Of a stretch of 64,000 bases of DNA, positions 40,349 to 51,520 are shown piece after piece (the stretch's first letter is position 1; every line of letters begins with the position of its first letter). The stretch covers positions 1,856,001-1,920,000 of the forward strand of contig CAWIAD010000001.1 in NCBI GenBank assembly GCA_963833985.1, given 5' to 3'. The position numbers were made by a program, and so were the translations under genes. Under the pieces are notes generated by a model. That model worked only from the letters and a program-made list of their open reading frames with translations, was not told the origin of the DNA and did no database searches. The DNA comes from an uncultured Planctomycetaceae bacterium (GTDB lineage Bacteria > Planctomycetota > Planctomycetia > Isosphaerales > Isosphaeraceae).

Positions 40349-41518
40349 ATGGCCTACTCGACCACGGTCCCGAGGCACAAAACGTGTGAGGTGGGCATCG
40401 GCGATCACCTCGTCGGCGGCACCAACCCGATCTCGGTGCAGTCGATGACCACGACGAACACGTTCGACGTCGAGGCCACGCTGGCACAGATCCACAAGCT
40501 GGAGGAGGCGGGCTGCGAGATCATCCGCGTGACCGTGCCCAAGAAGGAGGACGTCGAAGGGGTCAAGGCCCTCCGCGACCGGATCAAGATTCCTCTCATC
40601 GCCGACATCCACTATGACTATCGCATGGCCCTGGCGTGCCTGGAAGCACGCACTCCCTCGGGCCGGCGCGCGGTGGACAAGATTCGCATCAATCCGGGAA
40701 ACATTGGCGGAGAGGAGCGGTTCAAGGAAGTGGTGCGGAAGGCCCGCGACGCCGGCGTGCCGATGCGCATCGGCGTCAACTCGGGGAGCCTGGAAAAGGA
40801 CCTGATCGACAAGTACGGCTTTCCCTGTCCCGAGGCCATGGTCGAGAGCGCATTGCGGCACATTGAAACGGCGGAGTCGCTGGGCTACCGGCAGATGATC
40901 ATCAGCCTGAAGGCCAGCCACGTGCCGACGGCCGTGGAGTGCTACACGCAGTATGCGGCCCGATCCGATTACCCGACTCACGTGGGCATCACGGAGGCCG
41001 GCTCCCGGGAGTATGGCACGCTCAAGAGCGCAGCGGGGATCGGGGCGATCCTCTTGCGGGGCATTGGCGATACGATCCGCGTCTCCTTGCTGGGCGACCC
41101 GGTTCCCGAGATCGCCGCCGGGTTCGACATCCTGCGCGCCTGCGACCGCCGGGTGACCAAGCCCGAGGTCGTCGCCTGCCCGACCTGCGGCCGGCTGGAC
41201 ATCGACCTTGAGCGGATCGTCGCCGAAGTCGAGGAGAAGATGAAGAGCCTGACGAACCCGCTGCGGATCAGCATCCTGGGCTGCCTGGTGAACGGCTTCG
41301 GCGAGGCCAAGGAGGCCGACCTGGGCATCGCCGCGGGCGCAGGGAAGGGAATCATCTTCAAGCGCGGCGTGCCGATTCGCCACGTCAAGGAGGACGAGAT
41401 GGTGCAGGCCCTGCTCGAAGAGGTCGAGCGCTTCGGCGAGGAGACCAAACCGCTGGCGTCCTTCCTCGAAAAAGAGAAGCAGAAGCAGCAGAAGACGGCC
41501 TTGCCGGTACTGGGGTAA
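40349..41518 (+). CDS. ispG: 4-hydroxy-3-methylbut-2-en-1-yl diphosphate synthase
   Basis: VQSMT, ADIHY, RINPGN, RIGVNSGSL, GDTIRVSL, CPTCGR, GCLVNG. Confidence 0.96.
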   Translation: MAYSTTVPRHKTCEVGIGDHLVGGTNPISVQSMTTTNTFDVEATLAQIHKLEEAGCEIIRVTVPKKEDVEGVKALRDRIKIPLIADIHYDYRMALACLEARTPSGRRAVDKIRINPGNIGGEERFKEVVRKARDAGVPMRIGVNSGSLEKDLIDKYGFPCPEAMVESALRHIETAESLGYRQMIISLKASHVPTAVECYTQYAARSDYPTHVGITEAGSREYGTLKSAAGIGAILLRGIGDTIRVSLLGDPVPEIAAGFDILRACDRRVTKPEVVACPTCGRLDIDLERIVAEVEEKMKSLTNPLRISILGCLVNGFGEAKEADLGIAAGAGKGIIFKRGVPIRHVKEDEMVQALLEEVERFGEETKPLASFLEKEKQKQQKTALPVLG

Positions 41519-41535
41519 GGCCCCCTGGACGGTGC

Positions 41536-43044
41536 TCAACGCCGCCCGCGAATCAGGTACCAGACGAAGACCACGGTCGCGCCCAGGATCATCAGGCTCG
41601 TCACCAGGCGCTCGTTGAATCGCCTGCGGCGCCATCGCGGGTTCTCGACCCGGTCGCTGCTGGGGGCGCGGCTGCGGACGAAGACCGTGGCGAACTTTTC
41701 AGGCCTTGATCTCCCCTCGGTGCGCACCGGCCTGGCCGCGGCACTGAGCGAATAGACGGATTTCGGGTCTTCCTGGGTGTCATCATCGCTCCGGTTCGTC
41801 GCCGGGTGCGGTGGCGCGGCCGTGCGGTCTTCCGGAGCCATGGCCGCCTCAAGCTGCCCCAGCAGCTCCGAGAGTGATTGCGGTCGAATGCCGGGCGACT
41901 TGGACAGCATGCGGCGAAACAGGTCGTCGAGACGGTCGTGAACGTCGCGCCGGCTTCGCCGCAGCGAGGGGACCGGTTGTTCGCGATGACCGATGAGCCG
42001 CTCCATGAAGGTCCTGCCTCCGTAGGGCGGCCGGCCGGTGAGCAGATAGTGGAGCGTGCAGCCGAGGGAATAGATATCGGACCGGGCGTCGGTGAGCCGG
42101 GGATCAAAGGCCTGTTCGGGGGACATGTAGTCCACCGTGCCGACGATGACTCCGCTCGCGGTAAGGTCCAGATCCGCGCTTTCCGAGGTGAGCAGGTTGT
42201 CACCCTGGCTGGTGCGGGCCAGGCCAAGATCCAGGACCTTGATGGTACCCGACAGGTCGCGCAGCAGGTTGGCGGGCTTGATATCGCGGTGGATGATGCC
42301 GTGCGCATGGGCCTCGGCCAGGCCCCTGGCTGCCTGGACGATGCAGTCGACCGCCTGTGGAACCGGCAGCGGTCCTTTCTCGCGAACGAACTTCGCCAGG
42401 TCCTTGCCGTCCACGTACTCCATGACCAGAAAGAGGAGTCCGTGCGTCTCGCCGGCGTCCAGGGCCGCCACGATGTTCGGATGTCGCAGCCTGGCAACCG
42501 CCGCCGTCTCGCGCCGGAACCGCAGGACGGCCGAGCGATCGCGGCTGATGGATGGAGGCAGGAGCTTGAGTGCCACCACCCGCTGGAGCTGCTTGTGGCG
42601 CGCTTTCAGGACCAGCCCCATGCCGCCCGCGCCGATTTTTTCGAGCACGACGTAATTGCCGATCACCAGGCCCTTGATCTTTCCTTGAGCGATCGCGGCC
42701 GCCTGGTAGCGTGTCAGCTTCTCGCGGCGGATCAGCTCGTCGAGCACGTCCAGGGCCTCTGGAGCGCGGCCCGCACCGGAGAGCCGGGTGCATACGGATC
42801 GGATCTCGGACTCGGCAATGAGCTGGCTCTTCACCAGTAACTCGGTGAGCCGCTCCAGATCGGGCAGGGCGGACGGGGCAGCCCGGGCAGCGGCGACCGG
42901 CGGCTCGGCTGCGCGAGGCCGCTGAGCGGGGTGGAACTGTTCGGTCTCGGAATCGTCCCAGGTATAGTCCGAGAGATCGCTGGGCGGCGGCTCCGTGAGC
43001 TCACCGTCGATCCGCTCGGGGGAGGGGGAGCCGGGCGGCAACAT
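41536..43044 (-). CDS. Hanks-type Ser/Thr protein kinase with C-terminal TM helix
   Basis: GAGGMG, VALK, HRDIKPAN, DLG, YMSPEQ. Confidence 0.93.
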   Translation of the reverse strand: MLPPGSPSPERIDGELTEPPPSDLSDYTWDDSETEQFHPAQRPRAAEPPVAAARAAPSALPDLERLTELLVKSQLIAESEIRSVCTRLSGAGRAPEALDVLDELIRREKLTRYQAAAIAQGKIKGLVIGNYVVLEKIGAGGMGLVLKARHKQLQRVVALKLLPPSISRDRSAVLRFRRETAAVARLRHPNIVAALDAGETHGLLFLVMEYVDGKDLAKFVREKGPLPVPQAVDCIVQAARGLAEAHAHGIIHRDIKPANLLRDLSGTIKVLDLGLARTSQGDNLLTSESADLDLTASGVIVGTVDYMSPEQAFDPRLTDARSDIYSLGCTLHYLLTGRPPYGGRTFMERLIGHREQPVPSLRRSRRDVHDRLDDLFRRMLSKSPGIRPQSLSELLGQLEAAMAPEDRTAAPPHPATNRSDDDTQEDPKSVYSLSAAARPVRTEGRSRPEKFATVFVRSRAPSSDRVENPRWRRRRFNERLVTSLMILGATVVFVWYLIRGRR

Positions 43045-43146
43045 ACCGATCTCCCCCTGTATCCAGGGCCGGAGCTGGAAGGCGTCGACGAGTCCCCTTC
43101 ACGATAGGAGAACCGAGATGTTCCCTCAAGGGCGCTGGTCATGCCC

Positions 43147-44625
43147 TCATGGCCTGAGCCCGACGGAGACATACTTGGTCTCGGTGTAAGCCTCGAGGCC
43201 CTCGATGCCCAGCTCGCGGCCCATGCCGGACTCTTTCATGCCGCCGAAGGGGCACTGGGGCGTGGCCGGGACGGGGTCGTTGATGCCGATGATGCCGGCT
43301 TCCAGGCCCTCGGCCATGCGGGTGGCGACGGTGAGGTCGTTCGTGAACACGTAAGCGGCCAGACCGTAGGGCGTGTTATTGGCGGCGGCGATGACGTCGT
43401 CGAGCTTGTCGAAGTCGAGCAGGGGCATCACCGGCGCGAAGGGCTCCTCGGTCATGAGTTTCATCTCGCCCTTGACCTCGCGAATCACGGTGGGCTCGAA
43501 CCAGTAGCCCTTGTCGAACCGTTCCGAGCGGCCGCCGCCGGTGAGGACCTTGCCCCCCTTACCGCGGGCGTCATCGATGAGAGCAGCCGTCTTGTCCAGA
43601 GCGCGGGCCTCGAACATCGGGCCCACCTGCACACCCGGCTCCAGGCCGTTGCCAAGCTTGAGGCCTTTTGCCAGCTCGACGGCGGCGTCGGTGAAGTCCC
43701 TGGAGATCTTCTCGTGGATATAGAACCGGGAGGGGGCGATGCAGACCTGGCCGTTGTTCCGAAACTTGCCGATGACCGCGGCCTGGGCGACCTGCTGGAC
43801 GTCGGCGTCGGGAAAGACGATCAAGGGCGCATGCCCGCCCAGTTCCAGGCTGAGCCGCTTGACCTGGTCGGCCGAGCGGCGGATCAGCTCCTTGCCCACC
43901 TCGGTCGAGCCGGTGAAGCTGATCTTGCGCACGGCCGGGTGCTCGAAAAAGGCGTCGGCGATGGGCCGGGCCGGGCCGATCACCAGGTTGGCAGCGCCGG
44001 CGGGGATGCCGGCTTCCGCGAGGCACTCGAACATGAGGATCAGGGTCAGCGGCGTCTGCTCCGCGGGCCGGCTCACCACGGTGCAGCCGGCAGCCAGGGC
44101 GGGCGCGATCTTGCGGCTTGGCAGCGCCGCGGGAAAGTTCCAGGGGGTGATCGTGCCCACCACGCCGACGGGGTGCTTGATGGCGTAATGCCGCTTGGCG
44201 ACGTTCATGGATGGAATGATCCGGCCGTACGAACGCTTGCCTTCCTCGGCGAACCACTCGAAGGTGTCGGCGGCGTGCAGGACCTCCAGGCGCGCCTCGC
44301 CCAGCGGCTTGCCCTGCTCCTGGGTGAGCGCCCGGGCTATGGTGTCGGCCCGTTCCCGCATCAGCTCGGCCGTGCGCTTGAGGATCTTGGCGCGGTCATA
44401 AACCGAGAGCGCACGCCACGACGGGAACGCCTTGGCGGCCGCGGCGATGGCGCGGTCGGCCTCGGCGCGGGATCCGTAGGCGACCTCCGCCAGGACCGAC
44501 TCGTCGGCCGGGTTGATGACCGCCAGCGTCTTGCCATCCGCGGCATCGCACCAGGAACCGTTGATGAACATCCGGGTCGGGTATTCGGTGGCCCGTCGGG
44601 CCTCGGGTGCGGTCGCAGTTGCCAT
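43147..44625 (-). CDS. gabD: NAD-dependent succinate-semialdehyde dehydrogenase family
   Basis: ITPWNFP, FTGSTEVG, LELGGHAP, KFRNNGQVC, EEPFAP, PFGGMKESG. Confidence 0.85.
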   Translation of the reverse strand: MATATAPEARRATEYPTRMFINGSWCDAADGKTLAVINPADESVLAEVAYGSRAEADRAIAAAAKAFPSWRALSVYDRAKILKRTAELMRERADTIARALTQEQGKPLGEARLEVLHAADTFEWFAEEGKRSYGRIIPSMNVAKRHYAIKHPVGVVGTITPWNFPAALPSRKIAPALAAGCTVVSRPAEQTPLTLILMFECLAEAGIPAGAANLVIGPARPIADAFFEHPAVRKISFTGSTEVGKELIRRSADQVKRLSLELGGHAPLIVFPDADVQQVAQAAVIGKFRNNGQVCIAPSRFYIHEKISRDFTDAAVELAKGLKLGNGLEPGVQVGPMFEARALDKTAALIDDARGKGGKVLTGGGRSERFDKGYWFEPTVIREVKGEMKLMTEEPFAPVMPLLDFDKLDDVIAAANNTPYGLAAYVFTNDLTVATRMAEGLEAGIIGINDPVPATPQCPFGGMKESGMGRELGIEGLEAYTETKYVSVGLRP

Positions 44626-45021
44626 GTCCGGCTCCCCCTTCATGTCTGTGCGAATCAATCCTGGTCTCTCACGCCACCATACCGCCGCCGCCGATCCCAT
44701 TCAACAATCGCCGGGGCCTGCCGCTGACGAGCGGTCCTCACCAGCAAGCGCTGCGCGGCCGCCTCGAATGGCGGGATGTGTGGACTGGGCAGCCGAGCCA
44801 GGAGTCTGGGTTATCTGGGTTAAAACGACGAGCTTTGAGGTGGACAAGGAATTCCGCCTGTGCATAATCCGCTCAACTGTACGGGGGAAAAGATCCGATC
44901 CGATCCCTTGGATCGTATTTTCCCACTCACCATCTGAGTGCATGTTCCCATGCCTCGCTTGGGGCGGTTCGGGTGATCTATGAACGAGAATGGATTCGAG
45001 TACAAGCCAGGGAGAACCAGG

Positions 45022-45570
45022 ATGGTTCGCCTCTCTCGGGCGGTTCTCGCGGCTGTTTGCCTCCTGGGCGGATCTCCGCTGCACGCGGCAGCCACCAAGA
45101 GTGTTCCCTTCGCGTCCAGCGACGCCCAGACGTTCGTGGCGTGGACGAGGTTCCTGTCCGGGGGAACCCAGACCTGGGCCACCACCCATGCCCCCGCGTT
45201 CACACCGGCCGTGGAGAGTGCCATCTGGAAGGTGCTCAAGACCGACACGGCGGTGCAGTCGCTCTCCAATCCGATGATCCAGTACCTCGAGTGGCGTCGC
45301 AGCCTGGACCCGACCCGGTTCGCCTACTACCATCCCAGCCTGGCCCCGACCCTGGCGCAACTGCTGCCGGCGCCCTCGCTGCCGCAGACCATCCCACCGC
45401 CTCCCTCGGGCTCGCCGGCATCCAGCTCCACCCCCGGCTCGTCGACGACCGGGGCCCAGTCCGTCACTCCGCCCGCGGTCCCCGAGCCAGGCTCGTTCGC
45501 CGTGGCAGCCGCCATGACCGCCTGGGGAATCTGGTGGCGCCGGCGCATGCGGAAGCGCATGAGCCGCTGA
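45022..45570 (+). CDS. Small PEP-CTERM surface protein
   Basis: Signal peptide, Pro/Ser/Thr linker, VPEP + TM helix + RRRMRKR. Confidence 0.82.
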   Translation: MVRLSRAVLAAVCLLGGSPLHAAATKSVPFASSDAQTFVAWTRFLSGGTQTWATTHAPAFTPAVESAIWKVLKTDTAVQSLSNPMIQYLEWRRSLDPTRFAYYHPSLAPTLAQLLPAPSLPQTIPPPPSGSPASSSTPGSSTTGAQSVTPPAVPEPGSFAVAAAMTAWGIWWRRRMRKRMSR

Positions 45571-45612
45571 GCCGGCGAACCGATCACGGAAGCCGGCTCG
45601 CATTGCTTGGTT

Positions 45613-47694
45613 TCAAGCCTTTGCCGTCGCCTTGGCGGCCTTCTTGACGATCTCCTCCTGGAACCGCGAGGGGAGTTTCTGATACTTGAGGAACTCCATG
45701 CTGAAGGAGCCCTTCCCCTGCGTGGAGCTGCGGAGGTCGTTGGAATAGCCGAACATCTCGGCGAGCGGCACCTCGGCGGTGATGACGGTGTAGCCCTGCC
45801 GGCTCTCGGTCCCGAGGATCACGCCACGCTTCGACGAGATGGCACCCGTGACCGGCCCCTGGAACTCGGTGGGGATCTCGACCTCCACCTTCATGATGGG
45901 CTCGAGCAGCACCGGATCAGCCTTCTTGAAGGTTTCCCGGAAGCAGTCGCGGGCGCAGATCTCGAAGGCCATGGTCGATGAATCGACGTCGTGGTAGGAG
46001 CCGTCCTCGAGCACCATCTGGACGCCGATGACCTCATAGCCGGCCACCGGGCCCTTGTGCATCGACTCGCGGAAACCCTTCTCGACCGAGGGGATGTACT
46101 CCGAGGGGATGCGTCCGCCGGTGACCTTGTTCTCGAAGACGAAGGGCTCGGCGGCCTGGACATCCAGGGGAACCAGCTTGCCCACCACGTGGGCGTACTG
46201 GCCCGAGCCGCCGGTCTGCTTGCGGTGCTTGTAGTTGAAGGGAGTCACCTGAGTGGGCGCCTCGCGGTAGCTGACCTTGGGAGCGCCGACGGTGCAGTCC
46301 ACCTTGTATTCGCGGCGGATCCGCTCCACGTAGATCTCCAGGTGCAGCTCGCCCATGCCGGAGATGATCGTCTCGCTGGTCTCGGGGTCGACGTGCACGC
46401 GGAAGGTGGGGTCCTCGCGCATGAACCGATTCAGGGCCTTGGAGAGCTTGTCATAATCGGCCCGCTTGGCGGGCTGGATCGACAGGTCGATGACCGGCTC
46501 GGCCGCGTAGATGCTCTCCAGCGAGACGTTCGAGCCTTCCGAGCAGTACGTGTCGCCCGTGGCGCACTCCAGCCCCATGACGGCCACGATATCGCCGGCC
46601 GAGGCGGAGTCGATGTCTTCTTTCTGGTCGGCGTGCACCCGCAGGATCCGGCTGATCCGGGCCCGCTTGCGCTGCCGCGCGTTGAAGTAGAACGTGCCCT
46701 TGGAAAGGGTTCCCTGGTAGATGCGCATGTAGGTCACCTGGCCGAACGACTCCTCGACCAGCTTGAACGCCATGGCCACCAACGGGGCATCCGGGTCCGC
46801 GGCCAGCGGCATCTCGGCCATGCCGTTGTTGTTGTCCTTGGCGAAGATCTCGCGGTCCAGTGGGGAGGGGAGGTAGCGGCAGATGGCGTCCAGGAGCGGC
46901 TGCACTCCCTTGTTGCGATAGGCCGAGCCGACCATCACCGGACAGAGCTGCTGGGCAATGGTCCCATCGCGGATGGTCTTGTAAACCAGATCGAGTGGGA
47001 CCTCGGCTTCCTCGAGCAGCAGCTCCATGATCTCGTCGGAGACCATGGAGAGCGCCTCGAGCATGCCCTGCCGCGCACGCTCGGCGGCCTCCGCCATCTC
47101 GGCGGGAATGGGCTCGGAGCGGACGTCCTCGCCATTGTCGCCATCGAAGTAAAGGGCGCGGCGCTCGACCAGGTCGATCACGCCCTGGAAGTGGGACTCG
47201 GCGCCGATGGGCAACTGGAGCGGTATGGCCGTCAGGTTCAGCTTGCTCTCGAGCTGCTGGATCACGTTGACCGGGTTCGCGCCGGTCCGGTCCATCTTGT
47301 TGATGAAGGCGATCCGCGGCACGGCGTAGCGCTTCATCTGGCGATCAACGGTGATCGATTGCGATTGCACGCCCGCCACGGCGCAGAGCACCAGCACCGC
47401 GCCGTCGAGCACGCGAAGTGAGCGCTCCACCTCGACGGTGAAGTCGACGTGGCCCGGAGTGTCGATGATGTTGACCTTCTTGTCGTTCCATTGGACCGTG
47501 GTGGCCGCGGAGGTGATCGTGATTCCCCGCTCCTTCTCCAGCTCCATATGGTCCATCACCGCGCCTTCACCCTTGACTTCCTTGATCACGTGGGTGCGGC
47601 CCGTGTAATAGAGCATGCGCTCGGTGAGCGTGGTCTTGCCCGAGTCGATGTGGGCGGAGATGCCAATGTTCCGGTAGTTTCGCAGGTTTTCCAT
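45613..47694 (-). CDS. fusA: Elongation factor G (stand-alone copy)
   Basis: [42 protein letters not shown]. Confidence 0.96.
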   Translation of the reverse strand: MENLRNYRNIGISAHIDSGKTTLTERMLYYTGRTHVIKEVKGEGAVMDHMELEKERGITITSAATTVQWNDKKVNIIDTPGHVDFTVEVERSLRVLDGAVLVLCAVAGVQSQSITVDRQMKRYAVPRIAFINKMDRTGANPVNVIQQLESKLNLTAIPLQLPIGAESHFQGVIDLVERRALYFDGDNGEDVRSEPIPAEMAEAAERARQGMLEALSMVSDEIMELLLEEAEVPLDLVYKTIRDGTIAQQLCPVMVGSAYRNKGVQPLLDAICRYLPSPLDREIFAKDNNNGMAEMPLAADPDAPLVAMAFKLVEESFGQVTYMRIYQGTLSKGTFYFNARQRKRARISRILRVHADQKEDIDSASAGDIVAVMGLECATGDTYCSEGSNVSLESIYAAEPVIDLSIQPAKRADYDKLSKALNRFMREDPTFRVHVDPETSETIISGMGELHLEIYVERIRREYKVDCTVGAPKVSYREAPTQVTPFNYKHRKQTGGSGQYAHVVGKLVPLDVQAAEPFVFENKVTGGRIPSEYIPSVEKGFRESMHKGPVAGYEVIGVQMVLEDGSYHDVDSSTMAFEICARDCFRETFKKADPVLLEPIMKVEVEIPTEFQGPVTGAISSKRGVILGTESRQGYTVITAEVPLAEMFGYSNDLRSSTQGKGSFSMEFLKYQKLPSRFQEEIVKKAAKATAKA

Positions 47695-47951
47695 GGTCAA
47701 TACACTCAGCCCGCAAGCCAAGGGTGGAACGCCCAGAGCTTGAGCCACGATCCAATCCACTCGATGAGCAAGCCGGGGAGTCTTAACCCGCAGTTCCAGC
47801 ACGGGTCGAAAGGCATGCCAGTGGGCGAGCCCGGAGCCACACCAAAATCCGGCGATCAGCGAGTCTAATCACTCTTGGTGTGGAGCATGCGAAGAGTCCA
47901 AGTAGGCTCGGTGTTAAAAGGCATATTATCGTACCAACTACGGACCATCAG

Positions 47952-48236
47952 TCAAGTATGCAGTTTACGTTTCACTATGATTCTATCCCATCCGGGAAGG
48001 GGGATTCGGGAATTGTCGGGGTCAAGACGGATGCGCACGGTCGCGGCCGCGACGGGCCGCGGACTTGAATGCTGTTTCCGAACCGGGGCCCGTGCCGTCC
48101 CGCCCGGCCTCCTCTGGTCCGCAGGCGCCGCACCGTTCCGGAAACGGGCCAGCAACGGGTTGTCAGCGTCTCGATGGCGCGTCAGAATCATGCTCCAGAC
48201 GTGTTCGCCGGTTGGTGTCGACGTCGTCGAGCCCAT
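47952..48236 (-). CDS. Possible small hypothetical protein
   Basis: 94-aa ORF (MGSTTSTP...) filling the intergenic gap; no recognised motif. Confidence 0.3.
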   Translation of the reverse strand: MGSTTSTPTGEHVWSMILTRHRDADNPLLARFRNGAAPADQRRPGGTARAPVRKQHSSPRPVAAATVRIRLDPDNSRIPLPGWDRIIVKRKLHT

Positions 48237-48434
48237 CGCGAACCCAGTCTTTTCGAGCCGCCCTCTTCCCCGGCCTCCTAAACTGAAGTGAAAAGAGTAC
48301 ACGGGCAGGTCCTCCGGCGGGCCGACGCCAGGCTGGAAGACGCTCAACTTCTAGAGAGTTGAAAAGACCCGAGCGCTGAGCGGACCGCTTCCGTTACTCC
48401 ATGCCGTCTTCTGGCGGCATTCCAGGAGACTTCG

Positions 48435-49215
48435 ATGGGGGGGATGCAGGACTCTGGCTCCCGGTCGCGTGCCGGTTCCGCTCGGTCCGCCGTACCGCCG
48501 GCTCCAGCCTTCAGCTATCGGCTGCTCGTACCAGGGCTCACGCAACTGGCATGGCACCAGCACCAGCGCGGCCTTGTGTACCTGGGAAGCTGCGCCACAG
48601 CCCTGGGAGCGGCCCTCTTTTGCTGGGGCACCCCGCTGGGATGGTTCTTCCTCCTGTTCTGCTACCTGTCTCATGTCGTCGCCCTGTGCGACGTGGTCAG
48701 GCAGCGCGCCTACCCGGTCTTTCCCCGCCGGCACGCCGTGGCCGCAACGATCCTGGCCATCGGTCTGATCGTTTACCTGCCGTTGACGGTGGTGCTGGAG
48801 TCCTGCGCTCTGGTGGCAGGGCCGGACAGTGGCACCGGATCGGGCTACCTGGTGAACCGTCTGGCGTACACCAAGGCCGACCCTGTCCCCGGGCAATCCA
48901 TCTGGCTGCGGCGTTTCCCCGACGTCGGCCGCAAGAGCGGGCCAGGTGGTCGCCGTCGCAGGGCAGGAGGTGGAGTGGACGGGACGCCGCTGGACCGTGG
49001 ACGGTCAGAACGTGGAGTTTGTTCACCCGGGATTGCTGCCGCACTACCCGACTTCCTGGCGGTTTCGCGTACCGGAGCACCACGTTCTCATAGGCCCCGA
49101 GTGCGCCGACTCGAACTCATATTCTCCCGCGCCCATGGTCATCGTCAGCACGGACCGGATCGTCGGACGCGCCTGGGCCCGTTATTACCCGTTCTGGGAA
49201 CGGCGCCTGCTTTGA
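48435..49215 (+). CDS. Membrane protein with signal peptidase I (S26)-like C-terminal domain; frameshift near 48918
   Basis: Several TM helices, then LVNRLAY...P..G, VVAVAGQEV, VPEHHVL, IVGRAW..YYPF. Confidence 0.6.
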
Positions 49216-49484
49216 TGAGCCTGGCCGCCCGCACTCCTTGCCCCGGGCCGCCCGATTCACATCTCCGGATCCGCCACCATGCATGCGCGGATCGGCACCA
49301 GCGTCCGGGCGACTCTGGCCATACCGAAAACGACTCGCGAGAACCGAACTCCATCTGGTAGGATATGGGTGCGTGGTCAGTGCACTGGCACATCGTCACC
49401 GGTCGTCACGTTCTGTCTCCATGCTCCTGGACCGATGGGTTCGCACGCTTCCCGAGGCGGGCTGAACCGGCAAGGGTCTTCGTC

Positions 49485-50015
49485 GTGCTAGAACGTATCT
49501 GGGCACCCTGGAGAGCACAGTACATCCGAGAAGCGGCGCAAACCGATACCGGCCTTTCCTGCTTTCTTTGTCAGGGACTGGAGGGAACCGAGGATCGCCA
49601 GAACCTCCTGGCATGGCGCCGGCCCCACTCCGTGGTTGTGCTCAACCGATTCCCCTACAACAATGGTCATCTCCTTGTAGCACCAACGGTTCACGTAGGA
49701 CGAATGGACGAGCTGAGCGGTCCGGAACTGCTGGAACCCATCCAGACCGTGCGCAGGATGGTCGAAATTCTGGATCGAATGCTGAGGCCCGACGGTTATA
49801 ATATCGGTCTAAATATGGGCAGGGCCGCGGGAGCGGGTTTGCCCGGTCATCTCCACTGGCATGTCGTGCCGCGCTGGAACGGAGACACGAACTTCATGCC
49901 GGTCCTGGGCCAGACGAAGGTCCTGGTGGAGAGCCTGGTCGAATTCTACGATCGCCTGGTCGAGGAAATCCGGTCCACGGAAGATCACATGGACGGCCAG
50001 TCAGCGTATTCATGA
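49485..50015 (+). CDS. HIT-family nucleotide hydrolase/phosphorylase
   Basis: IWAPWR, CFLC, NRFPYNNGH, HLHWHVVPRW, DTNFM. Confidence 0.92.
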   Translation: MLERIWAPWRAQYIREAAQTDTGLSCFLCQGLEGTEDRQNLLAWRRPHSVVVLNRFPYNNGHLLVAPTVHVGRMDELSGPELLEPIQTVRRMVEILDRMLRPDGYNIGLNMGRAAGAGLPGHLHWHVVPRWNGDTNFMPVLGQTKVLVESLVEFYDRLVEEIRSTEDHMDGQSAYS

Positions 50016-50072
50016 ATATCCCCGTCTGATTCATACTGCCGACCTGCCGGCGTCCTGCGAGGTTATCCAATC

Positions 50073-51173
50073 ATGCATTTGATCTTGATCCGGGCCGTCT
50101 TCGTCCTGGTGATTGCGGGGCTGGCGCGGAAGATGGCGCTGATTGTCGGCGAGCACCAGCTTGCCAACCCGTATGCGGTCTTCTTCGGCGTCATGGTCGG
50201 CGCCTTCGCCATCGTCGCCGGCGACATGCTCACGCCGCGCAAGCGCATCCAGACCATCTCGGCACTCTACTTCGGGGTCATCGTCGGGCTCTTCCTGAGC
50301 AACCTCATCAACGAGGCCATCCAGCCCGCGCTTCAGCTCTACCTGAACACCCGGGTGCACATGGCAATCACCAGTGTTCTGATGATCTTCATGTGCTATA
50401 TCTGCGTCTCGACGCTGATGCAAACCAAGGATGACTTCCGGTTCATCATCCCGTACGTCGAGTTCGCCAAGGAAGTGAAAGGCGCGCGGCCGCTGGTGCT
50501 CGATACGTCGGTGGTCATTGACGGCCGGATTGCCGACGTGGCCGAAACCCAGATCATCGACCAGCCCATGGTCGTGCCCCGATTCGTCTTGCAGGAACTT
50601 CAGAACATCGCCGACAGCTCGGACAAGCTCCGCCGCAATCGCGGCCGGCGCGGGCTGGACATCCTGAACCGTCTCCAGAAGTCGCCCGGCGTGGAGGTGC
50701 GCATTCACGATGCCGAGATTCCGGAGCTTTCGGGTATACGCGAGGTCGACCAGCGGCTGGTGATCCTCGCCAAGCACCTCGGCGGCAAGGTGGTCACCAA
50801 CGATTACAACCTCAACAAGATTGCTCGTCTCCAGGGTGTGGACGTGATCAACCTCAACGATCTGGCCAATGCCATGAAGCCGATCGTCCTCCCGGGTGAG
50901 AACATCACGGTCAAGCTGATCAAGAAGGGCGAGGAGCAGGGGCAGGGCGTCGGCTACCTTGACGACGGCACCATGGTCGTGGCCGAGCAGGGATCCTACC
51001 ACCTGGGCGAAACCGTCCGTCTCACGGTCACCAGCGTCCTCCAGACCAGTGCCGGCCGGATGATCTTCGGCAGGATCGACGCCATGCCCATGGCGCGCAC
51101 CGGCAACCACGTGAGCGCACCGGTCACCCATGAGGCCCCCTCCCCGACGACCACCCGGCCTCATAACGTGTGA
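50073..51173 (+). CDS. PIN/TRAM domain membrane protein (YacL-like)
   Basis: TM helices, LDTSVVIDGRI, RGRRGLD, TNDYNLNK, GYLDDGTMVV, QTSAGRMIF. Confidence 0.92.
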   Translation: MHLILIRAVFVLVIAGLARKMALIVGEHQLANPYAVFFGVMVGAFAIVAGDMLTPRKRIQTISALYFGVIVGLFLSNLINEAIQPALQLYLNTRVHMAITSVLMIFMCYICVSTLMQTKDDFRFIIPYVEFAKEVKGARPLVLDTSVVIDGRIADVAETQIIDQPMVVPRFVLQELQNIADSSDKLRRNRGRRGLDILNRLQKSPGVEVRIHDAEIPELSGIREVDQRLVILAKHLGGKVVTNDYNLNKIARLQGVDVINLNDLANAMKPIVLPGENITVKLIKKGEEQGQGVGYLDDGTMVVAEQGSYHLGETVRLTVTSVLQTSAGRMIFGRIDAMPMARTGNHVSAPVTHEAPSPTTTRPHNV

Positions 51174-51218
51174 TGCACGGCGACCTCTGTCACGGCCTCC
51201 CGGGCAGGACTGCGGATG

Positions 51219-51434
51219 TCAATCAGCCGCCGTATCATCCCGGCCGGGTACCTTCTCGTCGACGTCGTAGCTTGCCTTGCACCAGTGGCAAACCAGCACG
51301 ACGCCACACTCGGGACATGCCAGCGTCACCTCGCGCTGGCTCAGGGCCTCGTAAGCCTCCTGGGACGGCGGCCGGAACGGAGTCCGGCAGGCGTCGCAGA
51401 TGAGCGGCCGCTCGCAGTAGGCGCAATCGATCAT
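51219..51434 (-). CDS. Small Cys-rich protein with four CxxC pairs
   Basis: CAYC, CDAC, CPEC, CHWC in 71 aa; AAGGGG RBS. Confidence 0.75.
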   Translation of the reverse strand: MIDCAYCERPLICDACRTPFRPPSQEAYEALSQREVTLACPECGVVLVCHWCKASYDVDEKVPGRDDTAAD

Positions 51435-51520
51435 GGGACTGCCCCTTCCGTGCTTTTCTGGTCTCTGGTTATTCAGGCCTGGTGGCCGGGCCGCGCGTCA
51501 GACCGGAGCCCAGGCGCTGG

